DNA of 64,000 bases from Andalucia godoyi And28 (Eukaryota > Protista > Jakobida), in assembly GCA_009859145.1 (NCBI GenBank), contig VRVR01000032.1:28854-92853 (forward strand), written 5' to 3'. Numbering within the stretch: the stretch's first letter is position 1; every line of letters starts with the position of its first letter. Shown in pieces: positions 1-11,051 of this stretch. The position numbers were made by a program, and so were the translations under genes. The notes under the pieces are model-generated. The model was given only the letters and a program-made list of their open reading frames with translations. It was not told the DNA's origin and did no database searches.

Positions 1-112
1 GCTTGTTTTTTACAGTGCACAGAAGAAAGAAAGGACTCGAACTCCAAGGAAAGGCCCATTCCGGATTTTTTCTTCTCGAAGAAATTCCTTTCATTCTCTC
101 TTCTTTGAATGA

Positions 113-724
113 ATGTTTTTTTCACGCTTGTTCAGCCGCGGTCGAATTCTCATGGCATCTGTTGAGCAGTTGAAATCCAGCGGGATTATTCCGCAGGTTA
201 TCCCGTCGTGTGGCGCTTCGTCGAATGTGAACTTTGAAGTTTCGTACGAATCGTCGTCGGGTGCAAAGGTCACGGGCGGCAATGTGCTGACTCCGACCCG
301 AGTGTCGCAGCCACCGAAAGTGTCGTGGACTGCGGAACCTGGTTCGTTCTACGCGCTTGTGCTGACGGATCCGGATGCTCCATCGCGTAAAGACCCGAAA
401 TGGGCAGAATGGCGTCATTGGACGGTCGTCAACGTCCCCGGATCGGATGTTGCCAAGGGAGAGCATGTTGTCCAGTATGTCGGCTCTGGTCCCCCACAAG
501 GCTCTGGACTTCATCGATACGTCTTCCTTCTGTTCAAGCAGTCCGGGAAGCTAGAAGACCTCGGCGAGAAGCACATCCACAATGACACCGCCACAGGCCG
601 AAGCAACTGGAGCGTCGCCAAGTGGGCCCAAGAGCGCAAGTTTGGCGAGCCCGTGGCTGTGACGTGGTACGAGGCAGAATGGGACGACTACGTCCCGAAG
701 CTGTATGCCCAACTGAAGCACTGA
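113..724 (+). CDS. Phosphatidylethanolamine-binding protein (PEBP/RKIP family)
   Basis: 203-aa ORF with PEBP motifs LTDPDAP, EWRHW, YVGSGPP, GLHRYVFLLFKQ; short Arg/Phe/Ser-rich leader before Met14. Confidence 0.93.
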   Translation: MFFSRLFSRGRILMASVEQLKSSGIIPQVIPSCGASSNVNFEVSYESSSGAKVTGGNVLTPTRVSQPPKVSWTAEPGSFYALVLTDPDAPSRKDPKWAEWRHWTVVNVPGSDVAKGEHVVQYVGSGPPQGSGLHRYVFLLFKQSGKLEDLGEKHIHNDTATGRSNWSVAKWAQERKFGEPVAVTWYEAEWDDYVPKLYAQLKH

Positions 725-773
725 TCGGCGCTCTGTGCAGCGTTTGGAAGCCGAACGGGACGGCCGAACGAAA

Positions 774-839
774 GAATGACGAATGACGAATGAGACATGA
801 CGAATGACGAATGAGACATGACGAATGAGACATGACGAA
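774..839. repeat. Short tandem repeat of GAATGAC / GAATGAGACATGAC units in the PEBP 3' flank
   Basis: Directly visible mixed 7- and 14-bp units. Confidence 0.85.
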
Positions 840-989
840 GCAGTTATAATAACTTCTTTTTTAGCTATAAGAATTGGTACTGCAGTTTGCCATGGCATGT
901 TTCCCGTGGGGGGAAAGAACTTTTTACATTAAAAAAGAAGAAGAAGAAGAAAAGAGCTTTAGATCTCGCTGAATGGTCAAGAGGCGGCG

Positions 990-2358
990 CTACTCAGTTT
1001 CGGGTTGCATTACGACATCATCACGGCTCTGTTCTCGAATTTTCTCGAACAGCGCTTGTGCGTCTGCAATCTTTGTAATATGATGGAATTGCCTGGTGTT
1101 TGGAATGCCCAGTGACTTCATCGCCCGAGCATGTCGCCACTCTGTAAAGTGCTTCTCAAAGGCTCGCGGGCCCCAGTAGGAGTAGCCTCCGCAGATCTGG
1201 CAGCGATACTCGATGTTGAGCCCGTGGAGTTTATACAACCAATACGGTATCGGCTTTCCGTCAGGGCCAAGAGGTACATTCTTTGGATTGTAAATCACAT
1301 CTTGGTCCCGGTCCTTGTCCCTGTCTGCGTCACCGTCCTCATCCTTATCCTCCTCATCTTCTTCGGCGGCCTCTCTCTCAAACTCTCCAGAGAGACGCAG
1401 CAGCTTTCTTTCAGTGTGTGCCCTGGTTGCATGCACTATGTCCGCAACTGTGCGTGAATATGCAAAAAGCAGTCGTTCTAAAATCAAGGCGTGAATACGC
1501 AAGTCCATATCATTGGACGTCGCACGCAGTTCGGCAGGAACAGCGGCGCCCGAGGGCAGCGCCACCACAGACCAGAGGCGCGATGCACGTTGTTCTGGAG
1601 TACCTCCCTGCTTGAGGCCATGGGCAGCAAGAATGGCTTTCAGTTGCTCGGCAGTCAAGCTCTGCAAGACTTGATCGGACGAGTGAATCTGATCTCGAAG
1701 ACCATCAAGCGTTGTTTCCTCTGGAAGTCCGGCCTCTCGCAACAGCTCGGCGATCACGCACTTCTTTCCTTCCTCGAGTGAAACCTCCGACACCGAAACT
1801 CGCTGAAGGGGCCTCGAACGAGCGAGGAAGTCCTTGACATAATCCACCAGAGCACGAAACAATGCGACCAATTTCGGAAGCTGTTTCGCAGCGGTGGTCT
1901 TCCAGCGAGTGCCCGCTTGCGGAAGCTCAAAGAACGCCTGAATAAACGAATAGTAGTCGCTCTCATACAAATCATCCTGGCGAGCTTGTGCATACAGACT
2001 GTGAAGGTCGAATACTCGGCCTAATCGCTCCTCTGAGGAAAATGGAGGAAGGGATACATAGCGTAAATCCGACTGGACATCAACCGGAATCAAGGATGGC
2101 GGTTTGCGATGGTCCTCCAGGAGTTCTTGAGGAAGCAAAGGCTCTTCAGGAACAGAATTTTGAATATCTGCGAGACTGACTGCGAGCCTCTGAGGCCATT
2201 CCGCATGTGGCATAGAGGACACGGATGAAATCTCCGTCGCCAATTGCGTCGCTTCTGGGGTTCCAGCATCGAAAAAAGCCTTGATGTGCAGCGTTTTCAT
2301 GGATATCCTGTCTAACAAAAACGCAACCTGATGGTCTCTTTTCAGCTTCCCTCGATAC

Positions 2359-2392
<34 letters not shown>

Positions 2393-2698
2393 TGAGAAAC
2401 CCGTCATTGGCAGAAATCATTGTGAAATAAAGCCGTAAGTTCCATTTCTTGTTTGATTTTCATTCCCTTCCCATCCTTTACGCTCTCATCATACAACAAG
2501 GTGCTGGGAGCCAATAAAAGAGGGGAGGATGGGAAAAAGAAGAGACTGACTGAGACAGTGAGAAGAAGAAACAACAAAAGAACGGGGGGTGGAACATACA
2601 GTTTGCAGTGGTTGAAGCAGCAACTCCACACAAGCATGCTGCAATCGCTCGACATCTTCTCTCAGTCCTCTAAGTTGTTCTAGTCGCGATAACGACAT
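990..2698 (-). CDS. SF3A3: Splicing factor SF3a subunit 3 (Prp9/SF3a60), two exons: 2600-2698 and 990-2357
   Basis: C-terminus [24 protein letters not shown] and the C2H2 finger CQICG...HFTEWRH are diagnostic. Exon 1 ([19 protein letters not shown]) joins in phase 0 across a GTATGT...TAG intron (2358-2599) to [10 protein letters not shown]; about 488 aa. Confidence 0.92.
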
Positions 2699-2974
2699 TT
2701 TACACCTTCCTCTTACAAAATTAATTTTTAATTAAAAAATAATAATAAAGAAAGAACGAAGTGTGCAGAGAGATTGAAATTTGAAAGCACAAACATCCAA
2801 AAGACATCGAGCATGTAAAAATGTCACGGACTCGTGTGAGGCGTCAAATGGAAGCTGGAGGACAAAGAAAAGGGGAAGTTGGAGGAAAACGCCCGTCAAA
2901 GGATTTTTTATTTTTTTTTGTCTTTCTCGTAAAAAGGAGAGAAGCGCGGGAAGGGTTGCTTGCTGAAGCTGACA

Positions 2975-3328
2975 ATGCCGATTGTCTCGATCACGACGAA
3001 CGTCTCTGAGCCACAGGACTGCGCTGACATCCTGGGAGAAGTGTCCCGTAGAGTGTCGGAAGCACTGCAGAAACCGGAAAAGTGGATGAGTGTGTCCGGC
3101 AAGTTTAATGCGCTGATGATGTTTGGAGGGACGACGGCCCCGTGTGCACAGGTAGCCGTTCGCTCGATTGGAGGAATATCAAAGGAGAACAATGTTGGAA
3201 CATGCAAAGCGATTATGGCCGTCCTGGAATCGCGTCTGGGAATCCTTCCGGAACGTGTGTACGTTGTGTTTGACGATCTTGCATCCGAGAATGTGGGATG
3301 GAGTAACAATACGTTTGCGTATCTATAA
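2975..3328 (+). CDS. MIF: Macrophage migration inhibitory factor / tautomerase family protein
   Basis: 117 aa starting M-P-I (catalytic Pro1); MMFGGTTAPCA, SIGGI, RVYVVFDD, NVGWSNNTF. Confidence 0.92.
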   Translation: MPIVSITTNVSEPQDCADILGEVSRRVSEALQKPEKWMSVSGKFNALMMFGGTTAPCAQVAVRSIGGISKENNVGTCKAIMAVLESRLGILPERVYVVFDDLASENVGWSNNTFAYL

Positions 3329-3341
3329 AATGAAAAAGAAG

Positions 3342-4739
3342 CTAGGCGCCAGAGGGAATAATGCTGACAAATTGTGACACGCCTTCTCGTATTCTGCTCA
3401 GCAGCGCACGGACCCACTCTTCTTGGGTAGACGACGAGTTCGTTGCAAAGTTCGCTACTGCATCCTTTGTAACGGTGAACTTGCCACACAGCGGTTTCGA
3501 GCCAGACGGATCCAGAACGCCTACACACGAAACCAAAACGGCGACGGATTTTAACAGTCCCGCGTCGGCTCCACGTGGGTCCATGGAAACTGCAGCTCCT
3601 GGAGAAGCCGCAGACTCGCAGTCAAAAAACATATGCAACAGAACAGTTCGCGAAAGCGGAGCAGACGACGAGGATCCCGTATTGCCAATGGTCGAGCTCG
3701 AGGATGTCGCCGTGGTCGATGCCGTGGTCGATGCCGTGGTCGACGTTGCAATCAGCAAGAGTCGGATAGAATCGACCGGTGAGGCGTCGGAATCGGCAAT
3801 TGCAAATTGACCGCTCGGAAGGGGCGACAGGAACATTTGCTCAAGAGGCGCGGATCCCCACTTCTTTACCAACAGCGCCACAACTGATCTTGCATCGACC
3901 GGCTTGAGCGACCGTGCGGATGCCGCTGCACTGCTCACCCAATCATCCAACAGAGACAAGTCGGTCGGGAAAAGGGGTAGCAGAGACACGGAAGACGGTG
4001 GAAGCATCCTGAAAACGGAAGGATGTGGAATCGAGGCTGCAGACAGCGGATGCTCGAGAGTCTCTGACGGCGGAAAAGGAAGAACGGGAAGCGATGACAG
4101 CAACTGCGCAAATGCAAACGAAGACGATGCGGATACGCCATGGGAAGCCTTTTCTCGCTCCTCGACATAGAACGACGCAATGGACAATTTCTTACTGGAG
4201 ACGTCATTTCCAGTGTCCGAGCGATCCGACAGATCCAACACAAGGACTGCGTTTGCGTGGACCAGCACGACTCGGGAAGCACTCGCGTTTGCAGTGCTCG
4301 CGGTCTGTGACGGGTCACCACTGTATGCGAGCGAAAGGCATGACCAGTTTGCGGAGAGCGGGATTCCCGCGTCTGTTCGTAACATGAGCAGCAGTGCGCG
4401 AACAACCATGCTTGTGTTTTGCGTCAAGTCATCGGGGTATGCAGACGACCCAGCAGCAGCGAGGACCTCTTTGCGCGCTGCTTGAAAATACGCTGCGAAC
4501 GCACGCATGAACTCTGAGTTGCGCTGGCTGTATGTGACATCGGGTGCCGCGCATCGTGGATTGACAGTAAGCGAGAGTGACAGCGTGATGGTGCACAGAG
4601 GAACGGCCGCAGCAAACAGCGTCATTTCCGTTCGAATCGGTTCTCCCGGCTTCGCTTGGCGCAAAGAACTATGCGACATCCGCAGCGGATGAGGAAGCGC
4701 ATCCGATATCCATCTCAAGGCATTTCCAAGTGCATACAT
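3342..4739 (-). CDS. Hypothetical protein (about 465 aa, Ser/Ala-rich)
   Basis: Long ORF from first ATG at 4739; no family recognised. Confidence 0.7.
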   Translation of the reverse strand: MYALGNALRWISDALPHPLRMSHSSLRQAKPGEPIRTEMTLFAAAVPLCTITLSLSLTVNPRCAAPDVTYSQRNSEFMRAFAAYFQAARKEVLAAAGSSAYPDDLTQNTSMVVRALLLMLRTDAGIPLSANWSCLSLAYSGDPSQTASTANASASRVVLVHANAVLVLDLSDRSDTGNDVSSKKLSIASFYVEEREKASHGVSASSSFAFAQLLSSLPVLPFPPSETLEHPLSAASIPHPSVFRMLPPSSVSLLPLFPTDLSLLDDWVSSAAASARSLKPVDARSVVALLVKKWGSAPLEQMFLSPLPSGQFAIADSDASPVDSIRLLLIATSTTASTTASTTATSSSSTIGNTGSSSSAPLSRTVLLHMFFDCESAASPGAAVSMDPRGADAGLLKSVAVLVSCVGVLDPSGSKPLCGKFTVTKDAVANFATNSSSTQEEWVRALLSRIREGVSQFVSIIPSGA

Positions 4740-5110
4740 CGCCCTTACGAATATTTGAAATGATCTCGCGACGACGAACCTACTTCTGCATATCGTGCAC
4801 CATTCGGGACACACACGCACACGCACGGTATATCGCCGCAGCCCTTTTCTTCGGCATCATTTCTTTGCTCTTTCTTCATGCTCCATCGAGTGCCGGACCT
4901 TCGAGTAGCTCCTGTAGTCCGGCTTTCACAGAACAAGGCTGACTTCCCGCCAGTTTTTCTGCGGAAAGAAAAAGTCTTGCAAATCCTTGGTGATTCTTTG
5001 CTTTGTTTTGGTTTTCGTTTTTTTATAATTTTTTACAATGCATTTCTCATTGCTAGTCTGTGAAACTTTCGAATAATTTTTCTGAAGAATTCGTGGGGGA
5101 GGAAATAAGA

Positions 5111-5677
5111 ATGACTGAGCAGCTTTTGGTTTCCTCTATTCTTGACAATGCTCCCCGATACACGTTTCCGACCAATCTTCCAAGTGACCTCCTTGGTGCG
5201 TTTGAAAGAGACAAGGCGGCTCGTGTGTCCGAAGTTCGGCGACTTGTTTCGGAAGGCATGAAGCAGATTTATGCCCGAAAAGCTGCCTTTGACCAATCCA
5301 GGAGGCAAACCGCCGCATCGGTCGCCGAGGAGTTTCATCCGCCACGCATCGATGCGACGACATCGGAAACAACCCCAGATATGCCGCACCAGGCGGCACA
5401 GAACTCACAGCTCAAGCTTGCACTGGAACAAGTGCAGGCGAAGCTGCTTCGTCAAATTCATGAGTTGGAAAAGGAGAGAAAAACGATCTTGCACAAGATT
5501 ACACTCGTTTCCAAAGATCTTGATACGCTCTCGGTGAACCCATCGGCCTCCGCAGTCTTGGTTTCTTCTACGAACGGACCGGACGAGTCGATCGATGTCG
5601 TTCTGGGAAGGATTCGAAAGGCTGTCGCGGACTTGAAGAAATCAATCGGGCGCATCGAACAGGAGAGTCAGCTGTGA
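5111..5677 (+). CDS. Hypothetical coiled-coil protein; 3' end uncertain
   Basis: 188-aa ORF from ATG 5111 with heptad-like segments; a GTGAGA just before the stop could be a splice donor. Confidence 0.6.
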   Translation: MTEQLLVSSILDNAPRYTFPTNLPSDLLGAFERDKAARVSEVRRLVSEGMKQIYARKAAFDQSRRQTAASVAEEFHPPRIDATTSETTPDMPHQAAQNSQLKLALEQVQAKLLRQIHELEKERKTILHKITLVSKDLDTLSVNPSASAVLVSSTNGPDESIDVVLGRIRKAVADLKKSIGRIEQESQL

Positions 5678-6309
5678 GAATACTGGTCCTTTTTGGTTCA
5701 TTTCGTGCATTCTTGTTTGAGAGAACGAGCCAATGACATCTTGATGCAGACTTAGTATGCTGGTAGCTGAAAGCAACGCAACCATTTCGCCTCCTCTTTT
5801 GTATTATGCACGTATCTGCCGTTTGTTTTTTTTTTTGTCTTGTCTGGTCCTGCAGACGCATGAAAACGAGGCCCGAGCGGTGCTTTCAGCGAGATGCTTT
5901 TCACTTCTCAACGGTATGGCGGCACGTCCGTATTCGTCACCTTGTTTACGAAACTTGGGCGCAGCACTGGACACGGTACACGCGTAACGATTATTATCGC
6001 ATTCTGAAGTCTATGATAGGGACAGTTGCCAGACCCCGCCAGCGAGCAGCGGTCGACTCACAAACCTCACGGCATCCCGCTTTCCTCCACCAATCTGTCG
6101 TACGCGCCAGCTCCAGGCGCCTCGCAGAGTCGCGTTTTTCCTTTGACCGCTGTGGCCCACTGACTTTCCTGTTTGTCACTTCATTTATTTCTCAATTAAA
6201 ATTTCATTCAACTCTTTTCTCTTTCTATCACCCTGCAACTTCTTTTTTTGGTGCATTTTGTCTGTTGAACAGAGGAGGCGGAGGAGGAGGCGGTGATAGC
6301 AGTGGTGGT

Positions 6310-6786
6310 ATGGACAAATCATGGTTGTTTCGTAACGATGATATCCCGTCCTTTTCCCCGTCCAGGCTCCGCGACTGTATCAAGCAGGGCGATGTGTGCA
6401 TTGTAGGAATGTGCACTCCTGAGCTGTCGATGTGCAAAATGCTAAAGTATGCGCTTGGTGATTTGCAAAGAATCGCCCGTTCGTCGGCGGCGAAACCCAG
6501 TTTCGTGATGGATTCGCAGCCTGACGAAAGGAAGACGCTGGCAATTTCCGTATTGTACTGTGATTGCACAGAACACAAGGAGTTTTGCAGATCGCGGACC
6601 GAGCGGGTTCCTTGGATCGAGGCGTTCCAGGCACTCGACGACCAACCGTCCAAACGAGTCATTACTGCTCCGCTTGTTGGCACGTCGTGGCACTTTTGGG
6701 GGTTCGTAACTGCCCTCGAAAAACATGGGTTTGTCCTTGGTCGTCCACCCGCACCAGCACCTGTACCAGTTTCCGGGAATGTATGA
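6310..6786 (+). CDS. Hypothetical protein, possibly thioredoxin-like fold
   Basis: 158 aa from ATG 6310 after a T-rich flank; CIVGM...C and YCDCTEHKEFC...VPWIEAF weakly recall a thioredoxin/PDI fold. Confidence 0.55.
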   Translation: MDKSWLFRNDDIPSFSPSRLRDCIKQGDVCIVGMCTPELSMCKMLKYALGDLQRIARSSAAKPSFVMDSQPDERKTLAISVLYCDCTEHKEFCRSRTERVPWIEAFQALDDQPSKRVITAPLVGTSWHFWGFVTALEKHGFVLGRPPAPAPVPVSGNV

Positions 6787-7230
6787 ATACCGAGTGTGCC
6801 TGTATCACGTTTTTTTTAATTTTTTTTTCTTTTTGCGGCTTTTCGTATGGTATGTCGTTTGCTGGTCGTTTCTCTTTCTCGTTTTCTCCCTCTTCGTTTC
6901 CCTACAGGGATACAGGGCTGGGCTGGAGTGAGACGGCATCGCGGGCTCTTCGATGTGGTTCCTAATGATTCCTAATGCTTTGTCTCGATTGCTCATACAA
7001 CCTACTTGAGTGAAAATGAGAAGAAGAAAAATTCTGAAGGAACAAGCGTCAGCCCTCGATCCAACCTCCTCCTTCCCGCTCCACAATGTGTGCTCTTGAT
7101 TTTTCTCGTCCAATCAGTCTAATCTAACGTTTATTGGCGTTCTTGTCGTTGTTGAGATTCTCTGCTTTCTTAGCTGTTATTACGACGTGCGACGGACTAT
7201 TTATTAAAATATAACATATCCACACAAGAT

Positions 7231-7530
7231 TGATTCATTTATGCATTCGAATCCGCCGCCTACATTCTACACTGAACATGCATATCTACGAATGGACATG
7301 CATACTCAGTCTTGCATCCCGTTGTCGGGAAGGGGATAGGCCCCAACACGCATCACGGCGCTCTTCAGATAGATGTTCCGCGCTCCGTTCCCAATCTCGA
7401 TCAATCGATGAGCCACTTTCTCAGCGTGGCACGTTGTTCCTGAGAAGAGTGCATTTTGATTCTGACGGCCCTAGCAGTAGGCGCAGTGACACGTGGTCTC
7501 TTAGGAGGTCTGCGGGACCTAGGAGGCCCT
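7231..7530 (-). mobile_element. Decayed repeat family copy A (TnpB/Fanzor-like HTH fossil plus hairpins)
   Basis: 7261-7484 aligns with 38269-38416 (11 mismatches in 146 aligned nt plus a 76-nt indel). Encodes ARAVRIKMHSSQEQRATLRKW, then after a frameshift GARNIYLKSAVMRVGAYP. The repeat is seen directly; the family assignment is inference. Confidence 0.6.
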
Positions 7531-7799
7531 GTATCACGAGTTCCTGTGGAAAAAAAAAAAACGTGCTGTGTCGGCCAGTATTGACCGTGTCTGTTTATGC
7601 ATACTTCCGTATGCATGACAATGAGGTGTTATTATTCAGTGGCCGACTCGAGTGACCACCATTCGGAAATGTACATGTATATGTGATTATTTTTTTCCGC
7701 GATCTCACGTTGCGACAACTTTTTTCTCTTGCTCTTTGCACATTAATTGTTTAAATCTTTTTTTAATTATTGTTATCTGAATTCGATTGGCTCGAGCAA

Positions 7800-8909
7800 A
7801 TGGAGGACTATCTAGCGTTTGATTTCAATTCGAATCCGCAGTGGATCGAATACAAGGCGCGTATTGAGCTTCCGCCAGGCCAAGAATGGCGCATTCAGCG
7901 GTACATGCAGCGCTGGTACGTATCCAATGTTGAGCCTAATGTGCAGTTTGACGAGCGATCCCACCCTCAAGCATTCCCAGCTCCGAAAATGTCTTCCTCT
8001 TCAACCTCTCCACCAGCCTCTGACGCATCCGCATCGTCGTCGTCGGCATCGTCAAGTTCCGGGGCATCATCATCATCTCCTCCTCCTCCAAGGAGATCGG
8101 CCGAGCCGACATCGAGATCCACGAGTGCATCGAGCGCAGGCAGCACGTCCAGTGGTGGACAGCAGCCCGTGTCAATTGTTGCACTGTTTTGCTTGCTTCA
8201 TCTATGCGTTCTTGTGTGCACTCCGCTCTCGCTGCTGACACACGTCGGATATGAAACCGTCCAGGGCGCTGCACTGCTGACGTATGCTGCTTCTGTCTTT
8301 TTGCAGACTCGCCATTTGTTTTCTTCAACGGCTTCCGCGCGCTCTCTTGTGGAAAAGCTTAAGACTGCAGTCCCCGTGCTGCAGGCTGCAATGATGAAGG
8401 ACGATGGTCAATACATCGTATTCGCATTCCTGTTTTACTGGGTCGGAAGCACATACTTGTCGTTTGCTGCGCTGCTGTGCTCCGTCGTCATGCATGTCAT
8501 TTTCGCATTGTATGGAATGAGCGTCCGGTTCCAGGCGCTTGTGCAGCAGCTTCGTGGGCGATTGGGCGAGTCTGGTGTTGTGGGCAAGGCTGCATCCTTT
8601 GCTTCGAAGCCTCTGGCAACCCGACTGGTGCAGCTCGCAGCTCGAACCCAGCGCATGTTGGATGCAAAGCCGCTGATGCAGTATGTGCACACATCGTGGA
8701 TTGTGCTTTTTGCAGTGCTCGTCAAGGATGTCGTCTTTGGACTGCTGCTGGGCGGTGGCATCCGAGGTGGGCTGACCCCACTTGTCGGAGTCGTGCTGCT
8801 GATTCGATGGAGAGCTCACACGGTCCCGGCATTTGCGGGGGTCGCCAACCAATTGCTCGGGCGCATTCCAGTGCTTGGCCCGGTTCTTGTGTCGCACTTA
8901 TTGCGCTGA
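7800..8909 (+). CDS. Multi-pass membrane protein, possibly TMEM33/Pom33-like
   Basis: N-terminal YLAFDFNSNPQW...QRWY segment, Ser-rich linker, several hydrophobic helices. Confidence 0.6.
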   Translation: MEDYLAFDFNSNPQWIEYKARIELPPGQEWRIQRYMQRWYVSNVEPNVQFDERSHPQAFPAPKMSSSSTSPPASDASASSSSASSSSGASSSSPPPPRRSAEPTSRSTSASSAGSTSSGGQQPVSIVALFCLLHLCVLVCTPLSLLTHVGYETVQGAALLTYAASVFLQTRHLFSSTASARSLVEKLKTAVPVLQAAMMKDDGQYIVFAFLFYWVGSTYLSFAALLCSVVMHVIFALYGMSVRFQALVQQLRGRLGESGVVGKAASFASKPLATRLVQLAARTQRMLDAKPLMQYVHTSWIVLFAVLVKDVVFGLLLGGGIRGGLTPLVGVVLLIRWRAHTVPAFAGVANQLLGRIPVLGPVLVSHLLR

Positions 8910-9186
8910 GCCCAGCACCACCACCGCCCAACGACTAGGCGCTTCTCCGGCAAGCGTCTACTGGTTGCTGTTGTTGTTGCTGTTGTTTTTTTGTTTTGTT
9001 TTTTTTCGTTGTCTTCATCGTTCGCGTCTTTCTGCAGGATTCCTCGCAGCAACAACAAGCAGGGGGACTGACTTTTTTTTTCGGACCAGTAAAGAAAACA
9101 AGGAGAAAATAAAGAATGGAAAGAAGGAGAAAATTGCAATGCAGCAACGATTGCCGCGAAAGAGGGTTGACTGTGCTGTTTCATTT

Positions 9187-9555
9187 TTATGCCTTGAGGG
9201 CGTAGACACGGGTTGGGAAGTTGAGCTCCTGCTTGATCTGCTTTTCAGACTTGCGAGAAGCTTCGAACTTGGTCAACTGGCGACGGATGGCGCGGGTCTT
9301 CTTTGCACGGAGATCAAGGGGCAAGCGCTTTCCGGCGTATGCCTTCTTGAGTTCGCCACGCTGAGTCTGGTTAAGAACAGTGAGGACACGGGCAACTCCC
9401 TTGCGAACCTGCTTGATCTTGGCAAGCTTGGCAGGGGCTCCAGCAGAAACCTTGGCTACACGGAGCTGGAAGAGTTCCGACTTGAGTTCTTCAAGCTGCT
9501 TGGAAAGCTCCTCCTTGGACTTGGTGCGAAGCTCGTATGCCTTAACCTTAACCAT
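9187..9555 (-). CDS. RPL35: 60S ribosomal protein L35 (uL29)
   Basis: 122 aa [10 protein letters not shown]...[15 protein letters not shown]...[14 protein letters not shown]. Confidence 0.97.
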   Translation of the reverse strand: MVKVKAYELRTKSKEELSKQLEELKSELFQLRVAKVSAGAPAKLAKIKQVRKGVARVLTVLNQTQRGELKKAYAGKRLPLDLRAKKTRAIRRQLTKFEASRKSEKQIKQELNFPTRVYALKA

Positions 9556-10153
9556 GATTCCTATATACGCTTTTGTGGATCGAACAGGCCAACAAGAAAC
9601 GAAAAAGAAGAAAGAAGAAAAAAGAAAACCAAAAGGGGGAAAAGCTGTGGCAAAAAATATGAGGAAAGACTGACGATAGAAATTTGGCAAGAAGGAGACG
9701 AGTAGCATAAACTAGGGTTTCGAAAAGAACGACAAGAAGCAGGTAAAAAGTGGATAAGAAAAAAAAAAGTCCGGAACTCTGCACATGAGAAAAGACGAGG
9801 CTAGGGTTACGACGATTGAGCACGCACCACACCTCTTCCTAATCAAAGTCGAGGTTTGTTGCGCTAATGAGGGACAAAAAAAAATTGGCAGGCTCGAACT
9901 GCCGGACCTTTGTCCTTGCAGACCGGATAACGGAGCCGGAGATTTTTTCCTAAGCTGGACAACGACGCCCCGACGGTTGTGTGCTGATTCGTCTCGGTGG
10001 TCAAAAATAACAACAACAACAATAACGCTCAGCATGCTTTTTCCTTTAGCCGAGGGAGTGACTGCTGAGTGCGTTTTTGATTCCAAGCAGGAAAAAAAAA
10101 GACACCTCTGTCGTCAAAGCGAAAGAAGAAAAAAAGAAGAAGAAGGGAAAAGC

Positions 10154-10468
10154 ATGGGGCTGTTCAAGGTGTTGTTTTTGTCGTCTGCTGCAGTTGGAAC
10201 CGTGTTTGCAATCGATGTTTCGTGGCGAGTGTATGATCAGTATGGCCGAGCGCATCTTACGCCATCCGAGTACGCGGAAAAGTTTTCAAGGATTTCTTCG
10301 GAGCGATGGGACCATATTTCGTCGCTGCTGAAAAAGGAAGCAGAGGTCGTTGCAGACCAAGGAAAGACCGTCGCCATGCATGCAAAGGACGTGGCCGTGG
10401 AAAAGGAGCACATTCTGGAACAAAAAGCAAAGGAGTCCTTTGAGAAATGGACTTCCAGAAGACAATGA
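10154..10468 (+). CDS. Small hypothetical protein with N-terminal hydrophobic segment
   Basis: 104 aa from ATG 10154 after an A-rich flank; hydrophobic N-terminus and charged helical C-terminus. Confidence 0.6.
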   Translation: MGLFKVLFLSSAAVGTVFAIDVSWRVYDQYGRAHLTPSEYAEKFSRISSERWDHISSLLKKEAEVVADQGKTVAMHAKDVAVEKEHILEQKAKESFEKWTSRRQ

Positions 10469-11051
10469 TTCTCTTCTTTAGCACGTATTATGTGTGAAAT
10501 TGTATAAAAGATGCAGCCAAAAGTCTTTTCTCAGAGTATTGAATCCATAAAATGCTGAATAAGCACATGATGGTGAGTTCTTGGCGCCGCTCTCGCCCGC
10601 CGCTCTTTTCGGTTTTTTGCAGAACTCGCTAGCAGGTGGAATACGAAAAGGAAGGAAAGCCAGCACATGCTTGCACGGAAGTACTGCTCACGCTTCTCTT
10701 GGTCAAATAGATGCTGATGCTGTATTAACAATTAAACATTTTCGATTGCGACTAGTTGTGGAGAGTGTGCCCAAAAAAACCGACAACGGACGGTGGGTTC
10801 GACGGGAGTATCCGAATTCTTCTTCTTTCTGTTACTATGTGTGCGTTGCGCTTTCTTCAGGAAAAGGATATTTATTTTTTAATTAAAAAAAAGAGACAGG
10901 AGAAATAGGGCGCATGAGACGGGAACAGCAAAGGAGGAAGGGCCGGCGAGAGAGGTCAAGAAAACAGGGACCACAAGAAGAAGAAGAAGAAGAAGACGAA
11001 GAAGAAGAAAGAAAGAAAGGCTGTGTGGAATCATAGAGGGAAAACCATCGG

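Noticed and set aside
774-839. CRISPR-like array
   Set aside because: Units are 7-14 bp with no unique spacers; a simple tandem repeat
7261-7484. Copies A/B as an HDV-like, pistol or twister ribozyme, or a cobalamin riboswitch
   Set aside because: The required helix order and conserved catalytic or ligand nucleotides could not be threaded on either strand
8833-9705. 290-aa plus-strand ORF
   Set aside because: Antisense shadow of RPL35 plus low-complexity flanks
10470-10870. Further member of the decayed family (minus strand HLFDQEKREQ) or a small gene
   Set aside because: Similarity is limited to a few residues, and no consistent ORF or exon model was found
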